DNA of 63,722 nt, the filler included, from Octopus bimaculoides (lineage: Eukaryota), in NCBI RefSeq assembly GCF_001194135.2. It is 4 parts of 4 records of this genome, joined end to end, with 100 filler letters (N's around TTAATTAATTAA, not from the genome) between each part and the next. Parts side by side here need not be neighbours in the genome. Positions count along the whole stretch, not along the records: positions 62,347 to 63,722 come from NC_068997.1; 3 more parts are not named here. One strand, written 5' to 3'. Positions 62,847-63,722 of this stretch are shown one piece after another. A model generated the notes under the pieces. It was not told the origin of the DNA, did no database searches, and saw nothing but the letters and a program-made list of their open reading frames with translations. A program made the position numbers and the translations under genes. Every line of letters begins with the position of its first letter. Within the stretch, counting starts at the first letter, position 1.

Positions 62847-63219
62847 TGCCTAAATACTATCTTAAGAAGTAAGGCTTCTCAAAACTAGAAAGGAGAAAGC
62901 TAATTCGAAGACTACAGATCCAATCCATCACTGGAACTGTAAAAATCTGTAAAACATTCCAGAAGTTTATCATTTAGATATATATGAGTATGTCTAGATA
63001 TGCGACTATATGCATGAGAATACATACATAAAACATACAAATCTGTTCACATTCATGCATACATACATACATACATACATACATACATACATACATACAT
63101 ACAAACAAAAATACCCTGTTGTTGATGTTGAAATTCCAATGAAGGAGCCTAGGATCTAGGTTAGAAACCGGTTCTTTCTCTATTGGCAAGAAATCTTGAA
63201 ATAAACTGAATAATGACAT
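62847..63219 (+). mobile_element. (CATA)n-associated REL LINE, copy 3 (5'-truncated)
   Basis: CLNT..KK.GFSKLERRKLIRRLQIQSITGTVKICKTFQKF plus the shared 3' UTR. Preceded by catacatacaaacataca, followed by (CATC)n. Confidence 0.88.
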
Positions 63220-63722
63220 CCATCCATCCATCCGTCCATCCATCCATCCATCCGTCCATCCATCCATCACTTTTTCTCTCTCGAAATCCTTAATTCATAC
63301 GCTGCTAATGATGAGGATATCTGAGACTATACAAAACTGTAAGACTTAAAGGACGATGAATAAAACAAGATGCTTTCCTTCACAACCTTGCTACCAAGTA
63401 GGTTGCCGGTCAAAATTTATTCTAAAGGGAAACTGAAGAACAAGCATATATACATGCTTACAACTTTAGTATAGTCGATAGAACGTCGGATAAATGTACT
63501 TGCGATATTTGTTCAGATTCTCAGATCTTTGAGTTCAAAATCCGTCAAGGTCCACTTTACTTTTCTTCTTTTCGGGGTCGAATAAAGTATCATTGTGAGC
63601 TTTCTGTGGTCAAACGTGGAGAGGGCTGGGTTTCTGTAGAGTTAAAAATTTATCAAAGACATGCCGTTTGTCCCGACAGTGCCTTTATGAAAGATTAACG
63701 CAAGGCATAAACAGGTTGATAG

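Overview
AT-rich animal genomic DNA saturated with microsatellites. The SINE families and repeat landscape look like octopus, probably Octopus bimaculoides; this is recognition, not a database result. The window contains many N gaps and three artificial 100-bp scaffold joins (N44-TTAATTAATTAA-N44). Almost all ORF-track entries are translations of simple repeats or gaps. The only host gene I can support is missing from the ORF track: the last three coding exons of a divergent SLC22/organic-cation-transporter-like MFS gene on the minus strand (10675-10795, 9587-9659, 6861-7043; canonical GT-AG, phases match). I could not find its upstream exons with confidence. Everything else is decayed mobile DNA. 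Retroelements: R4/Dong-like REL LINEs in (TAA)n arrays (one near full length), a second REL LINE family in (CATA)n arrays, RTE fragments, Penelope-like elements with hammerhead-like remnants, a BEL/Pao remnant and three tRNA-headed SINE families. DNA elements: a deleted Helitron, a Helentron-type HINE, Tc1/mariner/maT fragments, hAT and piggyBac MITEs, and three fold-back palindromes. The most interesting signal is a pattern in which particular retroelement families occupy particular microsatellites in a fixed orientation, including an apparent (CATA)n-targeting REL retrotransposon.
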